Source of the DNA: Candidatus Methanosuratincola verstraetei
GTDB lineage: Archaea > Thermoproteota > Methanomethylicia > Methanomethylicales > Methanomethylicaceae
NCBI GenBank assembly: GCA_049570475.1
Contig: CP186953.1
Coordinates: 992,001 to 1,056,000 of the forward strand
Length of the DNA: 64,000 nt
Direction of reading: 5' to 3'
In this document: in pieces, positions 37,764 through 48,230 of the stretch
How positions within the stretch are numbered: the stretch's first letter is position 1
Layout: each line of letters opens with the position of its first letter
Position numbers and translations under genes: made by a program
Notes under the pieces: generated by a model
Database searches by the model: none
Told to the model about the DNA's origin: nothing
What the model saw: only the letters and a program-made list of their open reading frames with translations

Positions 37764-38528
37764 TCACCACTTGAGTCTGACCAGGCTCCCGACCTTTGCA
37801 CCTGTTAGTGATCGTGCGCTCCCCCTGTCGACGGCGATCTCATAGAATCCGGAGCTACCCACCAGCACCCCCAGGCCGTCTTTCAGGTCTGAGAACGTCC
37901 TGGCTTTTGTGGCAGCAAATGTTTTGCCCTCAACAACCAGATCCACATTGCCTTCGAGCTCCACATCACTCCCGCGAAGGCTGATGGTAAGGTTCCCGAA
38001 CCTGTCCGCGTATATGACCTCGCAGTCTGCGCTCCTTTCCCCAAGTCTCTTCCAGAATTCCAGCCTCTCCCAGCGCTCGACCCCCCTCCCTGAATCGCTT
38101 ATCGGGCTTCCTGAGGCGATCATAGCCGCAGCCGGCGCGAAAATGTCCCTCCCTTGGAATGTGCTGGACACCTCCTTGAGCATGAACCTTGGGCTGCTGA
38201 TCTCGAACGCTTCCTCCACGCCATCCTCCTCTGACGCCGGGGAAAGCACGCCGTTGTCTGGGCCGACGAAGATGTATCTCCTTGTCTTCAGCGCAAGGGC
38301 CTTCCTGCCGGTTCCGACCCCTGGATCCACAACTACGACGTGGATCGTCCCCTCTGGAAAGTACTTGTAGGAGGAAAGCAGCACAAAGGCTGCAGACTTG
38401 ACGTCCCATGCCTCCACTTCATGCGTGAGGTCCACAACATCAGCCTGCGGGGCAATCCGCTTAATTACCCCCTTCATGATCCCGGCGTAGTGCCCCCCGA
38501 AGTCCGTGGTGAGCGTCACAATGGTCAT
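37764..38528 (-). CDS. SAM hydroxide adenosyltransferase (DUF62 / chlorinase-fluorinase family)
   Basis: TLTTDFG, VVDPGVGT.R, GPDNG, SSTFQGRDIFAP and DRFGN motifs. Confidence 0.88.
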   Translation of the reverse strand: MTIVTLTTDFGGHYAGIMKGVIKRIAPQADVVDLTHEVEAWDVKSAAFVLLSSYKYFPEGTIHVVVVDPGVGTGRKALALKTRRYIFVGPDNGVLSPASEEDGVEEAFEISSPRFMLKEVSSTFQGRDIFAPAAAMIASGSPISDSGRGVERWERLEFWKRLGERSADCEVIYADRFGNLTISLRGSDVELEGNVDLVVEGKTFAATKARTFSDLKDGLGVLVGSSGFYEIAVDRGSARSLTGAKVGSLVRLKW

Positions 38529-38594
38529 CTTTCGTGCTGCCCCTTTCGAAACCTATATTAAAAGATCCTATGATATTACGTTGAGGTTTGGCTT

Positions 38595-39746
38595 ATGAGC
38601 TTACCCCAACTTATCATGCTGCCGGGTCCGACCAATGTCCCGGCACGCGTTTATTCGGCTATGTGCAAGCCGATGATAAACCACAGGGGGGCAGAGTTCC
38701 ACCAGCTCCACTCGAGGATCCTCGAGAATGCAAAAAAAGTCTTCCAGACGGAGAACGACCTCTTCGTCCTGACTTCGTCCGGTACAGGCGGTGTTGAGTG
38801 CGCGGCTAGCAACTTCCTGCTTCCCGGCGAGAAGATAGTGGTCCCGGTCGGAGGGACGTTCGGAGAGAGGCTTGCGGATGCATTCCGCACGTACGGTGCG
38901 AATGTCGTCCCAATTGAGGTCAAAATGGGATCCACGCCGACCGCGGACCAAGTGCGCGAAGCCCTTGCGAGGGAAAGGGATGCCAAGGCAGTCGCGGTGG
39001 TATACAACGAGACCTCAACCGGCACGACCGTGAGGGAGCTGCAGAAGATAGGCGAGGTAGCCAAATCCTCCGGGGCTCTCTTCATTGTTGACGCGATCTC
39101 AGTACTGGGCGGCGACGACCTCCCTGTGGACAAGTGGGGGATTGACGTCTGCATAACTGCCTCCCAGAAATGCCTCGCGACCCCGCCAGGTCTTGCACTG
39201 ATCTCCGTCAGCAAGGAGGCATGGAGGCTCGCAGAAAGGGCAAAGCCGAGGAGCGAGTACTTCAGCCTCATAAAGTGCAGGAAGTTCAGGGATGAGAAGA
39301 TGGAAACCCCATTCACACCTGCCGTAAGCCTCTTCTTTGCCCTAGACGAGGCACTGCAGATTATACTCGAGACCGGTCTTGAGAAGTGGATAGGCAGGCA
39401 CAAGAAGGCGTCCGCAGCATATTACGCTGCATTCAGCAAGATGGGTCTCGGCTTCTTCGCCGAGGAGAGGAGCAGATCCACTGTTGTGATAGCCATAAAC
39501 ATGCCCCAGGGGATCTCCGCAAAAGAGCTGAGGGAAAGGCTGAGGACCAAGTATGGGGTGGTTGTCGCAGGGGGTTTCGGGTCCCTCAAGGATGCGATCT
39601 TCAGGATAGGCAACATGGGGATAGTCACCCCGAGGGAGGTCCTGACCACGATCTCATCCGTCGGCGCAGCCCTAGGGGAACTCGGGTTCAGGGGGCAAAT
39701 AGGAACCGGGATCGAGGCAGCCCTCCCTATGGCCTCCGAGATCTGA
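38595..39746 (+). CDS. Class V PLP aminotransferase (serine-pyruvate/archaeal phosphoserine aminotransferase type)
   Basis: MLPGPT, SGTGGVE, NETSTG, VDAIS, SQKCL (PLP Lys) and FRIGNMG motifs. Confidence 0.88.
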   Translation: MSLPQLIMLPGPTNVPARVYSAMCKPMINHRGAEFHQLHSRILENAKKVFQTENDLFVLTSSGTGGVECAASNFLLPGEKIVVPVGGTFGERLADAFRTYGANVVPIEVKMGSTPTADQVREALARERDAKAVAVVYNETSTGTTVRELQKIGEVAKSSGALFIVDAISVLGGDDLPVDKWGIDVCITASQKCLATPPGLALISVSKEAWRLAERAKPRSEYFSLIKCRKFRDEKMETPFTPAVSLFFALDEALQIILETGLEKWIGRHKKASAAYYAAFSKMGLGFFAEERSRSTVVIAINMPQGISAKELRERLRTKYGVVVAGGFGSLKDAIFRIGNMGIVTPREVLTTISSVGAALGELGFRGQIGTGIEAALPMASEI

Positions 39747-40863
39747 GCTTCAGATCCGAGTACTTGAACGCTATTGCGCATGTCCCCTCGATGCTGACCA
39801 TGCATGGTCCCACAGGCTGCTCTGGGTTGCAGTCCCTGCCGAAGAGCGGGCACTCCTCGGGCCTCAAGGTCCCGAGAAGTACCTCCCCGCAGCTGCACCC
39901 CTCAGGCATCCTTTCCCCCCCAGACGCTGCGATCCCGTACTTCGCTGCAGTGTCATACTTGATGTAATCCTCGCGTAGCCCGAGCCCTGAACCGGGAATC
40001 ATCCCGATGCCCCTCCAATATGCGTCTGTGACCTTGAATGCTTTTTCCATTGCGCGGAGCGCGACCTTGTTCCCGGGCCCCCTCACTGCCCTGGCATACT
40101 CGTTGTAGACCTCTGCAACGCCCCTCTTCCTCTGGAGTGCGATGTTGAGTATGGCCAGCATTATGTCGAGCGGCTCGAAGCCGGCGACTGCCATCGGCTT
40201 GGCGTATCTCGCAGCGAGATCCCTGTAGGCGTCAGCCCCGATTATTGTTGAGACGTGCCCTGGGCATATGAAGCCGTCTATGCCCGCTCCCGACTCCAGC
40301 AGGTACTCCATTGCGGGCGGTATCAGCTTGTGGGATGCGAAGACGCTGAAATTCCCTGGGGGTCCCTTGATCACTTCGATGGCGGTCGTGGGCGCAGTCG
40401 TCTCGAAGCCAATCGCAAAATGTACAAAGTCCCGTGCCGTCTCTTGCCGGGCCATCCTGATGGCATCTGAAATTCCGTAGACCACCCTGATGTCCGCGCC
40501 CGAAGCCTTCGCCTCTGCCAGCGACCACTTATAGCCAGGAACCCTGAGCACGTCGCCAAAGGTGGTCACTGCGACGCCCTGTTCGAGCGCGAGTCGACAG
40601 AGCGCGTCTATCTCCCCTCCGGGAGTCACGCAAACAGGGCAACCTGGGCCGGCCACGACCTGGACGCCCTCGGGCAGGAGATCCCTCAAGCCGTTGTGGG
40701 TTATTGCCCACTCATGGGTACCGCAGACATGCATTATCCTAAGGGGATCGCCCCCGGCAGCCTCTGCTATCCTCTCCGCAATTTTGATTACAAGATCCCT
40801 GTCCCTGTACTTGGAGAACAAGGATACCACCGCTTCATCCTTCAAGCTCGGCGCGGGCGACAT
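39727..40863 (-). CDS. hypD: [NiFe]-hydrogenase maturation protein HypD
   Basis: MHVCGTHE, GPGCPVC, GFETT, PGHVS and GPCMVS.EG.C motifs. Confidence 0.95.
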   Translation of the reverse strand: MSPAPSLKDEAVVSLFSKYRDRDLVIKIAERIAEAAGGDPLRIMHVCGTHEWAITHNGLRDLLPEGVQVVAGPGCPVCVTPGGEIDALCRLALEQGVAVTTFGDVLRVPGYKWSLAEAKASGADIRVVYGISDAIRMARQETARDFVHFAIGFETTAPTTAIEVIKGPPGNFSVFASHKLIPPAMEYLLESGAGIDGFICPGHVSTIIGADAYRDLAARYAKPMAVAGFEPLDIMLAILNIALQRKRGVAEVYNEYARAVRGPGNKVALRAMEKAFKVTDAYWRGIGMIPGSGLGLREDYIKYDTAAKYGIAASGGERMPEGCSCGEVLLGTLRPEECPLFGRDCNPEQPVGPCMVSIEGTCAIAFKYSDLKLRSRRP

Positions 40864-41068
40864 CCCTCCAAGCCTTCAGGATCTCTCTCGCCTCAGCCTC
40901 GTCCAGCTTTGTTATTGCATATCCCGTGTGGATCAGGACATAGTCCCCTATCTTGACGCCCTGGTCGGATACAAGCTCCAGCGATGCCTCCCTCCTGATC
41001 CCCCCGATGTCGACCTCGGCCTTTTCGCCCTCGATCTTTGTTACCCTCCCGGGGACCGCTAAGCACAC
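40835..41068 (-). CDS. hypC: [NiFe]-hydrogenase chaperone HypC
   Basis: GTG start giving M-CLAVPG; GDYVLIHTGYAI. Confidence 0.93.
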   Translation of the reverse strand: MCLAVPGRVTKIEGEKAEVDIGGIRREASLELVSDQGVKIGDYVLIHTGYAITKLDEAEAREILKAWRDVARAELEG

Positions 41069-41180
41069 TTCCAAGCACCTGTCTTGATTGATCCATTGCC
41101 CCTTTAGATAAGCCTATCTGACTTGCCAGATCCGCACTAGAGATCATTTTTATCAGAGTGAAGACTGTGAATCAAGAGGA

Positions 41181-41864
41181 GTGGTGAGCTATTTGGTCAA
41201 ATTCTTGGCCCTCTCAGACATCCACGGAAAGCTTTCGAGCCTGCAGCTCATAGCGGAGAAGGTTCTGGCTGGGCAAAAGATCGACGCGATAACCGTCTCC
41301 GGCGACATATCCCACTACGGCGACAGGGCCGAGGTGAGGCGCATATTGGATGCCCTCGGAAGCCTTAGCCTGCCTGTCTTCTTCGTGCTTGGCAACTGCG
41401 ACCCCCGGGAGGCATCAGATCTTTCCACTGAGGTAGCCATCCAGCTTGAGACCAGGTGTGAGGTGTGCGGCGGGCTCCTCCTAACAGGTGCTGGCGGATC
41501 CACGCCCACCCCGTTCGGGACCACATTTGAAAGGGATGAGGAAGAAATCGTAAGCCGGATCAGGGCGAACCTCGGATCTTGCGGTGCCGAATCACCAGGC
41601 CTTTACCTCCTGGTGCACAACCCGCCTTACGGCACCTCTCTGGACAGGACCGCCTTCGGCCGGCACGTGGGGAGCAGGAGGCTGAGGGAGCTCATAGAGG
41701 CCATCTCGCCTGCTGCCGTCCAGTGCGGCCACATACACGAAGCGGCCGGCGTCGAGCGGATCGGGGGAACGGTGGTCTTCAACCCTGGCCCTGCGATGAA
41801 AGGGAACTATGCGCTGGTGGAGGTTGGAGCGGGTGGCGTCACCGTCTCGATCGGCAGAGCTTGA
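41181..41864 (+). CDS. Calcineurin-like metallophosphoesterase
   Basis: SDIHG, GD, GNCD, HNPP, GHIHE and NPG motifs. Confidence 0.88.
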   Translation: MVSYLVKFLALSDIHGKLSSLQLIAEKVLAGQKIDAITVSGDISHYGDRAEVRRILDALGSLSLPVFFVLGNCDPREASDLSTEVAIQLETRCEVCGGLLLTGAGGSTPTPFGTTFERDEEEIVSRIRANLGSCGAESPGLYLLVHNPPYGTSLDRTAFGRHVGSRRLRELIEAISPAAVQCGHIHEAAGVERIGGTVVFNPGPAMKGNYALVEVGAGGVTVSIGRA

Positions 41865-41886
41865 GCGCGACATCTCGCTCTACAAG

Positions 41887-42459
41887 ATGGTTGCCGCCTC
41901 CCTGGAGGGCTTCTGCAGGGGGCACTTCAGTGAGATTGGGTGCCACGGATGGGAGCACGTCCAGAGGGTGCGCGTGCTCTGCAGGAGGATTGGCGTTGAG
42001 GAAGGGGCATTGCTCGAGATCTTAGATCTGGCGGCCCTGTTCCACGATTTGAAGAGGGGCGAGGACGACCATGCAAAAAGGAGCGCCGAGTTCGCCGAGC
42101 AGGTCCTAAGGTCTGAGGGATTCTCTGAAGGCTTCTTGAAAGCCGTGGGGGATGCCATAGCATCCCACAGCTACACATGCGGGCGTACCCCTCAGTCACT
42201 TGAGGCAAAGGTGCTGTCTGATGCCGACCGGCTGGACGCCATGGGGGCTATCGGGATCTACAGGACAGTCCAGTACAACCTTGAGAGGGGATATCCTGCT
42301 GCCCGGGTAGCCGAACACATATCTGAAAAGCTCCTTCGCCTCTCAGGGGGGATGCACACCGCGACTGGAAGGAAGATGGCAAAACAAAGGGAAGCGATCC
42401 TCAGGCTCTACATGGAGTCGCTTCTCTGCGAGCTTCGGGACTCGAGCAGCTCAACATAG
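41887..42459 (+). CDS. HD-domain phosphohydrolase
   Basis: HGWEHVQRV, ALFHD, SHS and DADRLDAMGAIG motifs. Confidence 0.85.
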   Translation: MVAASLEGFCRGHFSEIGCHGWEHVQRVRVLCRRIGVEEGALLEILDLAALFHDLKRGEDDHAKRSAEFAEQVLRSEGFSEGFLKAVGDAIASHSYTCGRTPQSLEAKVLSDADRLDAMGAIGIYRTVQYNLERGYPAARVAEHISEKLLRLSGGMHTATGRKMAKQREAILRLYMESLLCELRDSSSST

Positions 42460-42959
42460 GACTTTGTCGTGAGGCGATCCTTGTCCACCCCGATCAGGTT
42501 GGCCACCCTCTCGACCAGAGCCGATCTCTCCATCTCGTTTCCGATCCTAGGGGCTTCGATCTCGACGAAATTACCAAGACCCTCGACCTTGTCGATCGCA
42601 ACATTAGCGCCAAGCAGCCTGTACTCCCTCCTGACCTTGCAGACCTTGGCGCCTGGCTTGAACCCGAGCCTCTTGAAGACTTCCAGCGCCTTTTCCCAGT
42701 CCCCGACTGAGAATTCCAACTCCTCCCTGGACTTGAGGCTGCCCTTCATCCTTGCCCCCTTGAAAGTGACCACGCAAGCCCCTCCCTCAAGCCTCAGCCT
42801 GAGAGCCTCGTCCGCCGCCATCATGTCCCTGCAAGGATGCGAAAGATAGATGTCTACCTGTTTCTTTTCGCCGATTAGATAGCCGCCGCTTTGCCTGACC
42901 CTGCTTTCAACAATACTGGCATCATCCACTTGCGCCTTGGCTTCGATCTCGTAGCTCAA
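42408..42959 (-). CDS. cyaB: CYTH / class IV adenylate cyclase-like triphosphatase
   Basis: EIEAK, QVDIY, ALRLR, TFKG, D.VEGLG.FVEIE and SY.EL motifs. Confidence 0.88.
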   Translation of the reverse strand: MSYEIEAKAQVDDASIVESRVRQSGGYLIGEKKQVDIYLSHPCRDMMAADEALRLRLEGGACVVTFKGARMKGSLKSREELEFSVGDWEKALEVFKRLGFKPGAKVCKVRREYRLLGANVAIDKVEGLGNFVEIEAPRIGNEMERSALVERVANLIGVDKDRLTTKSYVELLESRSSQRSDSM

Positions 42960-43067
42960 TCAGAAACCCCCGTGACCAAATATGCGCCATTGGGTAAATG
43001 CCTTTCCACTGATGCAGGCAAAAGATTTTAAAGAGGATCATGTTTAGCCGTTTGTGGTGTGTCATTG

Positions 43068-43859
43068 ATGGCCATTAAGAGTGGAGATTTCGTACTCATA
43101 GACTACATTCTCAAGGTAAAGGATACTGGCGAGATTTTCGACATCACAATGGAGGATCAGGCAAAGGCTAACAACGCTTACGCCCCTGACCAGATCTACG
43201 AGCCCAGGCTTGTTGCAGTGGGGCAGGGCTGGACGATAAAGGGCATAGACGAAGCCCTCGTCGGGATGGAGGAAGGAGCGGAGAAGGAGTTCGAGATCCC
43301 TCCGGAGAAGGCATTCGGTGAGAGGGACCCTGCTAAGGTGAGGATTGTCCCAGCCCGCGACTTGACCCGCCAGGGCGTGACACCTAAGGCGGGGGCCAGG
43401 ATCGAGGTTGGCGGATCTCTTGCAACAATCAGGAGCGTGGGTAGCGGGCGCGTCACGATCGATTTCAACCACCCGCTGGCGGGCAGGGCGCTGCTGGCAA
43501 AGCTCTATGTAAGGAAAGTAGTCGAGGACCAGGCCGAGAAGATCCGCGAGCTGATACACAGGCGGGTCCGCAATGTGCCAAAGGAGAAGTTCATAATAAC
43601 CAGCATCGGAAGTGCCATAACAATCGAGATGCCCGAAGAATCGTTCGTGCTCGAGGACATACAATTCGCAAAGAAGGGGCTGGCAAGGGAAATATCCAAG
43701 TACTTCCCTGATGTGACCAGCGTCCAGTTCATAGAGACATATGTCCTGAAGACGCCAAAGGCTGAAGCAGCTGCTGAGCCTGCAAAAGAGGCGGAAGCCA
43801 CCCAAGCAGGAGCTGCCGAGGAGCCAAAGGCAAGCGAGGGCGAAACGAAGAAGGAGTAG
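43068..43859 (+). CDS. Long-type archaeal FKBP peptidyl-prolyl isomerase (SlyD-like)
   Basis: GDFVLIDY, IPPEKAFGERD and DFNHPLAG motifs; acidic Ala-rich tail. Confidence 0.9.
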   Translation: MAIKSGDFVLIDYILKVKDTGEIFDITMEDQAKANNAYAPDQIYEPRLVAVGQGWTIKGIDEALVGMEEGAEKEFEIPPEKAFGERDPAKVRIVPARDLTRQGVTPKAGARIEVGGSLATIRSVGSGRVTIDFNHPLAGRALLAKLYVRKVVEDQAEKIRELIHRRVRNVPKEKFIITSIGSAITIEMPEESFVLEDIQFAKKGLAREISKYFPDVTSVQFIETYVLKTPKAEAAAEPAKEAEATQAGAAEEPKASEGETKKE

Positions 43860-43868
43860 ACGGGCCCC

Positions 43869-44345
43869 TCAGGCCCCATCCGTTGCCATTCCTGCAACCT
43901 TTTTAAGTTTTTTACCGCAGGCTGCCTTATCCGAGACGTCTTCGATGACCTGGCAGATCCTGAGTTTGACCTTCTTGCCAGGCTCCGCCCACTCCGGGGT
44001 GCAGTAAACCTTCAGCGGGCATTTCTTTCCGCAATCTTCGATTAATGGCTCCACAGTCGCGCCCTCCACGGCAAGGTTTGACTTCACAAGGGCCTCAACT
44101 GGCGCCTCTGCTACCTTGACAACCTTCACGCTCCCCTCGTAAAGGGGGCAGTAGTGCTCTTTGTCCTTCACTTCGACTACCTCGTAGACCTTGCCTGGCT
44201 TGAGCTTCGACATGCATGCCAGGAAGAGCTTGCATCCCTTGCAGACCTCCGGGGGCTGCGAAGCAACAAACCTGAATCCGACCTTTGCTTGGACATCTCC
44301 CACGAAGGTCACTATCTCTTGCCTCTTGGTTCCAGCTTCGGGCAT
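43869..44345 (-). CDS. UPF0179 family protein
   Basis: VTFVG..QAKVG..F, C..C.L...C and H.CPL motifs; upstream-coupled to egsA. Confidence 0.8.
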   Translation of the reverse strand: MPEAGTKRQEIVTFVGDVQAKVGFRFVASQPPEVCKGCKLFLACMSKLKPGKVYEVVEVKDKEHYCPLYEGSVKVVKVAEAPVEALVKSNLAVEGATVEPLIEDCGKKCPLKVYCTPEWAEPGKKVKLRICQVIEDVSDKAACGKKLKKVAGMATDGA

Positions 44346-45397
44346 CAGTCTATCACACCTGTAATCCTGGCGAGGTCTTCAGCCGCCTTCCTTGATATTC
44401 CGCTCTCCCCAAGGATCGTGTACCTGTCGGGTCTCATCGTGTGTGCAATTGTCAGAGCCTCGAGCACATCCTCATCGGAGACGCCGAGCTGCCTCGCGGT
44501 CGTCGGCGCCCCTATCTTGCTGAGGACCGCCTTGATCGACTGCCAGTCCCCCCCATGCATGTACATCATCATTATTGTCCCGACTCCGCACTTCTCCCCG
44601 TGCAGCGATCCATTCTTGCTGACCTTCTCCAGCGCATGGCTGAACAGGTGCTCTGAGCCGCTGCAGGGCCTGCTGCTGCCTGCTATGCACATCGCATAGC
44701 CGCAGCTTATGAGGGCCTCTATAATTGTCCTGACGCCCACCTCAAGACCCCTCGCTATCAGGTCGACGTTCCTCTTCAGGAGCTGGGCTGACATCAGCGC
44801 GAGGGATGCCGCATACTCCCCGTAGTACTCCCCCCTCAGCCGGTGCGCAAGCCTCCAATCCCTCACCGCGGTGAACTTCGCGATGATGTCGCCGCAGCCG
44901 CTTATTATGAAGCGCCTTGGAGAATTTGAAATTATCTGGATGTCAGCCAGCAGCGCAACCGGCGGCTGCGCCATTACAGACATCGAGGTCTTCCCGTCCT
45001 TTATCGAGGCAATCGGGGATGCAATCCCGTCGTGGGCCGCGGAGGTCGGTATGCTGATGAACGGGATACCCTGCCGGTGGGATGCGATCTTCGCTACATC
45101 TATTATCTTCCCGCCCCCGACGCTGATCACCATGCAAGATCTCGTCTCCTTGATTGCACACTCAACCGCACTGACGACATCCGCAGTCGGGGCTGGGACG
45201 CAGACCTCGTGGACCGGTAGGCCCATCTCCGCAACATAATCCTTCACCAAAGAAGCTGGGCTCTTGGTGAACCCTTCCCCTCTGACCAGCAACACGTCCT
45301 CCCTGACGAGCAACCTGCTCAGCAGCTCGTCTATCTTGGGCAACACGTTGTCCCCCACGATAACAAACCTCGGGAGGTTAATCGCATGAATGTGCAT
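44345..45397 (-). CDS. egsA: sn-glycerol-1-phosphate dehydrogenase
   Basis: GGGKIIDVAK, PTSAAHDGIAS, SRPCSGSEHLFSHAL, LHGE and RYTIL motifs. Confidence 0.95.
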   Translation of the reverse strand: MHIHAINLPRFVIVGDNVLPKIDELLSRLLVREDVLLVRGEGFTKSPASLVKDYVAEMGLPVHEVCVPAPTADVVSAVECAIKETRSCMVISVGGGKIIDVAKIASHRQGIPFISIPTSAAHDGIASPIASIKDGKTSMSVMAQPPVALLADIQIISNSPRRFIISGCGDIIAKFTAVRDWRLAHRLRGEYYGEYAASLALMSAQLLKRNVDLIARGLEVGVRTIIEALISCGYAMCIAGSSRPCSGSEHLFSHALEKVSKNGSLHGEKCGVGTIMMMYMHGGDWQSIKAVLSKIGAPTTARQLGVSDEDVLEALTIAHTMRPDRYTILGESGISRKAAEDLARITGVID

Positions 45398-45587
45398 CGC
45401 TTGCACCTCTTTTGAGTCCGATGATCCAAACACATTAATCAAAGGAGCGCCTCACCTATTTTATCTTAACCAATTGCCGCCCCCGACCATCCGCCCATTC
45501 CCATGAGGTCGGGGAACCCTTAAATACTTGGATTTGTTGGTTTTATTTAACTTCGCTCATTCTCCCACGTCAGCGGAGGCAAAAAAA

Positions 45588-46238
45588 TTGTTACCCCAAG
45601 AGTTAGACGAAAGAAAGGTCCTGTACGAGAAGCTTAAGCACGGGACCACCACAGTCGGCGTAGTGTGCACCGACGGCGTAGTCTTGGCAACCGACAGGAG
45701 GGTCACCTCGGGCACCTACGTTGCGCACAAGAGGGGTAGGAAGCTCTTCATGCTCGACGAGATGCGGGTTGCCACCATAGCGGGACTTGTGGCAGACGCC
45801 CAGATGATAATGGACTTCTTGAAGTCCCAGATCTCGCTAATGAAGCTCACGAACCGAGGCCCGGTCACAACCCGGTCCATTGCGACCTTTGCATCAAATA
45901 TACTCTTCAGCTCGAGGTATTATCCGTACATCGTACAGTTCATCATTGCGGGCTATGACGAGAAGGGCCCGTCGATGTACGTCTTGGACTGGTTCGGATC
46001 GCTGACCGAGGAGCGGTTCATAACCACAGGCTCGGGATCCCCATATGCCATTGGGGTTCTAGAGGCCAACCTGAAGAAAAACCCGAGCGTCTCTGATGCC
46101 CTCCCGGTAGTCGCTAGGGCAGTCCGATCCTCGATCGAACGTGACCCGGGGAGCGGCGAGGGCATAGACATAGTCACAATAACTGAACGCGGCGTAACGG
46201 AGCTTAGTGATACTGAGGTAGCAAAACTTCTCGCATAA
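45588..46238 (+). CDS. psmB: Proteasome beta subunit, active (propeptide + Thr1)
   Basis: KHG|TTTVG, GSGS and RDPGSG motifs; TTG start after a GGAGG SD. Confidence 0.93.
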   Translation: MLPQELDERKVLYEKLKHGTTTVGVVCTDGVVLATDRRVTSGTYVAHKRGRKLFMLDEMRVATIAGLVADAQMIMDFLKSQISLMKLTNRGPVTTRSIATFASNILFSSRYYPYIVQFIIAGYDEKGPSMYVLDWFGSLTEERFITTGSGSPYAIGVLEANLKKNPSVSDALPVVARAVRSSIERDPGSGEGIDIVTITERGVTELSDTEVAKLLA

Positions 46239-48193
46239 TGCTCCTCCCGCATCAGGAGAAGGTGCAGCGGATGGTAAATTCGAGTACTGTAGACACTTTC
46301 GGATGGATAAAAAGGGTGATCGAGAGGGAGATCCCCAATGAGGCCGGGCTTACTAAGGTCGACTTCGAGGGCCCCTCAATAGTGGTGTACGTCACCAACC
46401 ACAACCTCCTGCTTGAGAACAGCGAGCCGGTAAAGCGGATAGTCCGGGAGATCAAGAAGCGCGTTATAATAAGGGCGGATCCATCCTCGCGCAAGAGGCC
46501 TGATGAGGCCAAGAAGATCATCGAGGGGCTAATCCCTCCCGAGGCAGAGATCTCAGACATGCACTTCGACGACGGCACAGGCGAGGTCACTATAATGGCA
46601 AAGAAGCCCGGTCTCGTCATCGGGAAGGGAGGATCAACTCTGAGGGACATCGCCTCCTCGACCGGTTGGCGCCCTACCATAATCAGATCGCCGCCGATAA
46701 AGTCCAGGATAATCGAGCAGACTCTTTATTTCCAGAGCAGGGAGACCGATTACCGCTTGGAGTTCCTTAGGAACGTGGGGAAGAAAATCCACCGCCCTCT
46801 CGTTTACACCAACAACATGGTTACGATTTCCGCTTTGGGGGGTTTCCGAGAGGTCGGGCGTCAGGCGATCTTCGTCCAGACCCTCGAGAGCAGGATCCTG
46901 ATAGACTGCGGCGTTAGGCCGGGGGCGCAGTCTGCCTTCGACGAATTCCCGCGCCTAGACTTCGGGGACTTCCGGGTGGAGGACCTTGACGCCGTTGTCG
47001 TCACCCATGCCCACCTCGACCACTGCGCGCTGGTCCCACTCCTATTCAAGTACGGATATGCGGGTCCTGTCTACTGCACCAAGCCGACTAAGAGCCTCAT
47101 GACGCTGCTCCAGCTTGACTACCTCGACGTTGCTGTCAAGGAGGGGCGGCCGGTCCCCTACGGGCTTAAGGACGTGAAGAAAGAGCTGTTCCACACCATC
47201 CCTCTCGAGTACGGCGAAGTGACTGACATCGCGCCTGATGTGCGCCTGACGCTCCACAACGCAGGCCACATACTCGGTTCTGCAATGGTCCACCTGCACA
47301 TTGGCGAGGGGCTGCACAACATAGTCTACACCGGCGACTTCAAGTATGCAAAGACCAGGCTTCTCGAGCAGGCGACCTGCCAGTTCCCGAGGGCAGAGAC
47401 GCTGATAATGGAGAGCACATATGGCGCCCCCAATGACGTCGTGCCATCCAGGGAGGATACTGAGAGGCATTTCCTCGAGGTAGTGAGTAAAACGATAAGC
47501 AACGGGGGGAAGGTGCTCATCCCCATACTCGCTGTCGGCAGGGCTCAGGAGATCATGCTTGTCCTAGACGAGGCCCTGAAGGCAGGTATCATACCGCAGG
47601 TCCCAGTCTACATCGAGGGGATGCTCCAGGAGGTCACTGCCATACACACGGCTTACCCTGAGGAGCTCGCGCGGGACCTCAAGAACAGGATCTTCCACAA
47701 GGGGGAGAACCCGTTCCTGTCGGAGCACTTCATCAGTGTGGACGACAGGAGCGCGAGGCCAGACATAGCCGAGGGAGGCCCTTCCATAATCATGGCGACC
47801 TCCGGGATGCTCACAGGCGGACCCGCGCTCGAGTACTTCAAGCTCCTAGCGCCAGATCCGAAGAACACAATGATCTTCGTCAACTACCAGATCGAGGGCA
47901 CTCTAGGCAGGTCTGTCCTGCGTGGGCTGCGCGAGATACCGCTCAGCGACCCGTCTGGGAAGATAGACGTCGTCCAGGTGAAGATGGGAGTCGAGTCCGT
48001 CGACGGATTCTCAGGGCACAGCGACCGGAAGCAGCTGCTCAGGTTCGTCAGCAACCTTTCCCCGCGCCCGAAGCAGGTTTTCATGGTCCACGGTGAGGAG
48101 AGCAAATGCCTCAGCATGGCAGACGCGGTAAGGCGTTTCTTCAAGGTCGAGGCGTCTGCACCAAGCATAGGGGACAGGATGCGAGTAAAATAG
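46238..48193 (+). CDS. fttA: beta-CASP ribonuclease aCPSF1 / transcription termination factor
   Basis: N-terminal KH domains (KPGLVIGKGG), HAHLDH, AGHILGS, GFSGHSD and HGE; start may be ATG 46271. Confidence 0.93.
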   Translation: MLLPHQEKVQRMVNSSTVDTFGWIKRVIEREIPNEAGLTKVDFEGPSIVVYVTNHNLLLENSEPVKRIVREIKKRVIIRADPSSRKRPDEAKKIIEGLIPPEAEISDMHFDDGTGEVTIMAKKPGLVIGKGGSTLRDIASSTGWRPTIIRSPPIKSRIIEQTLYFQSRETDYRLEFLRNVGKKIHRPLVYTNNMVTISALGGFREVGRQAIFVQTLESRILIDCGVRPGAQSAFDEFPRLDFGDFRVEDLDAVVVTHAHLDHCALVPLLFKYGYAGPVYCTKPTKSLMTLLQLDYLDVAVKEGRPVPYGLKDVKKELFHTIPLEYGEVTDIAPDVRLTLHNAGHILGSAMVHLHIGEGLHNIVYTGDFKYAKTRLLEQATCQFPRAETLIMESTYGAPNDVVPSREDTERHFLEVVSKTISNGGKVLIPILAVGRAQEIMLVLDEALKAGIIPQVPVYIEGMLQEVTAIHTAYPEELARDLKNRIFHKGENPFLSEHFISVDDRSARPDIAEGGPSIIMATSGMLTGGPALEYFKLLAPDPKNTMIFVNYQIEGTLGRSVLRGLREIPLSDPSGKIDVVQVKMGVESVDGFSGHSDRKQLLRFVSNLSPRPKQVFMVHGEESKCLSMADAVRRFFKVEASAPSIGDRMRVK

Positions 48194-48230
48194 GGATGTC
48201 GACGGAACCCCTGGCGCATTTCTGATACGA

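Noticed and set aside
39727-41068. hypCD without hydrogenase structural genes as a novel system
   Set aside because: Scattered hyp genes are normal in archaea.
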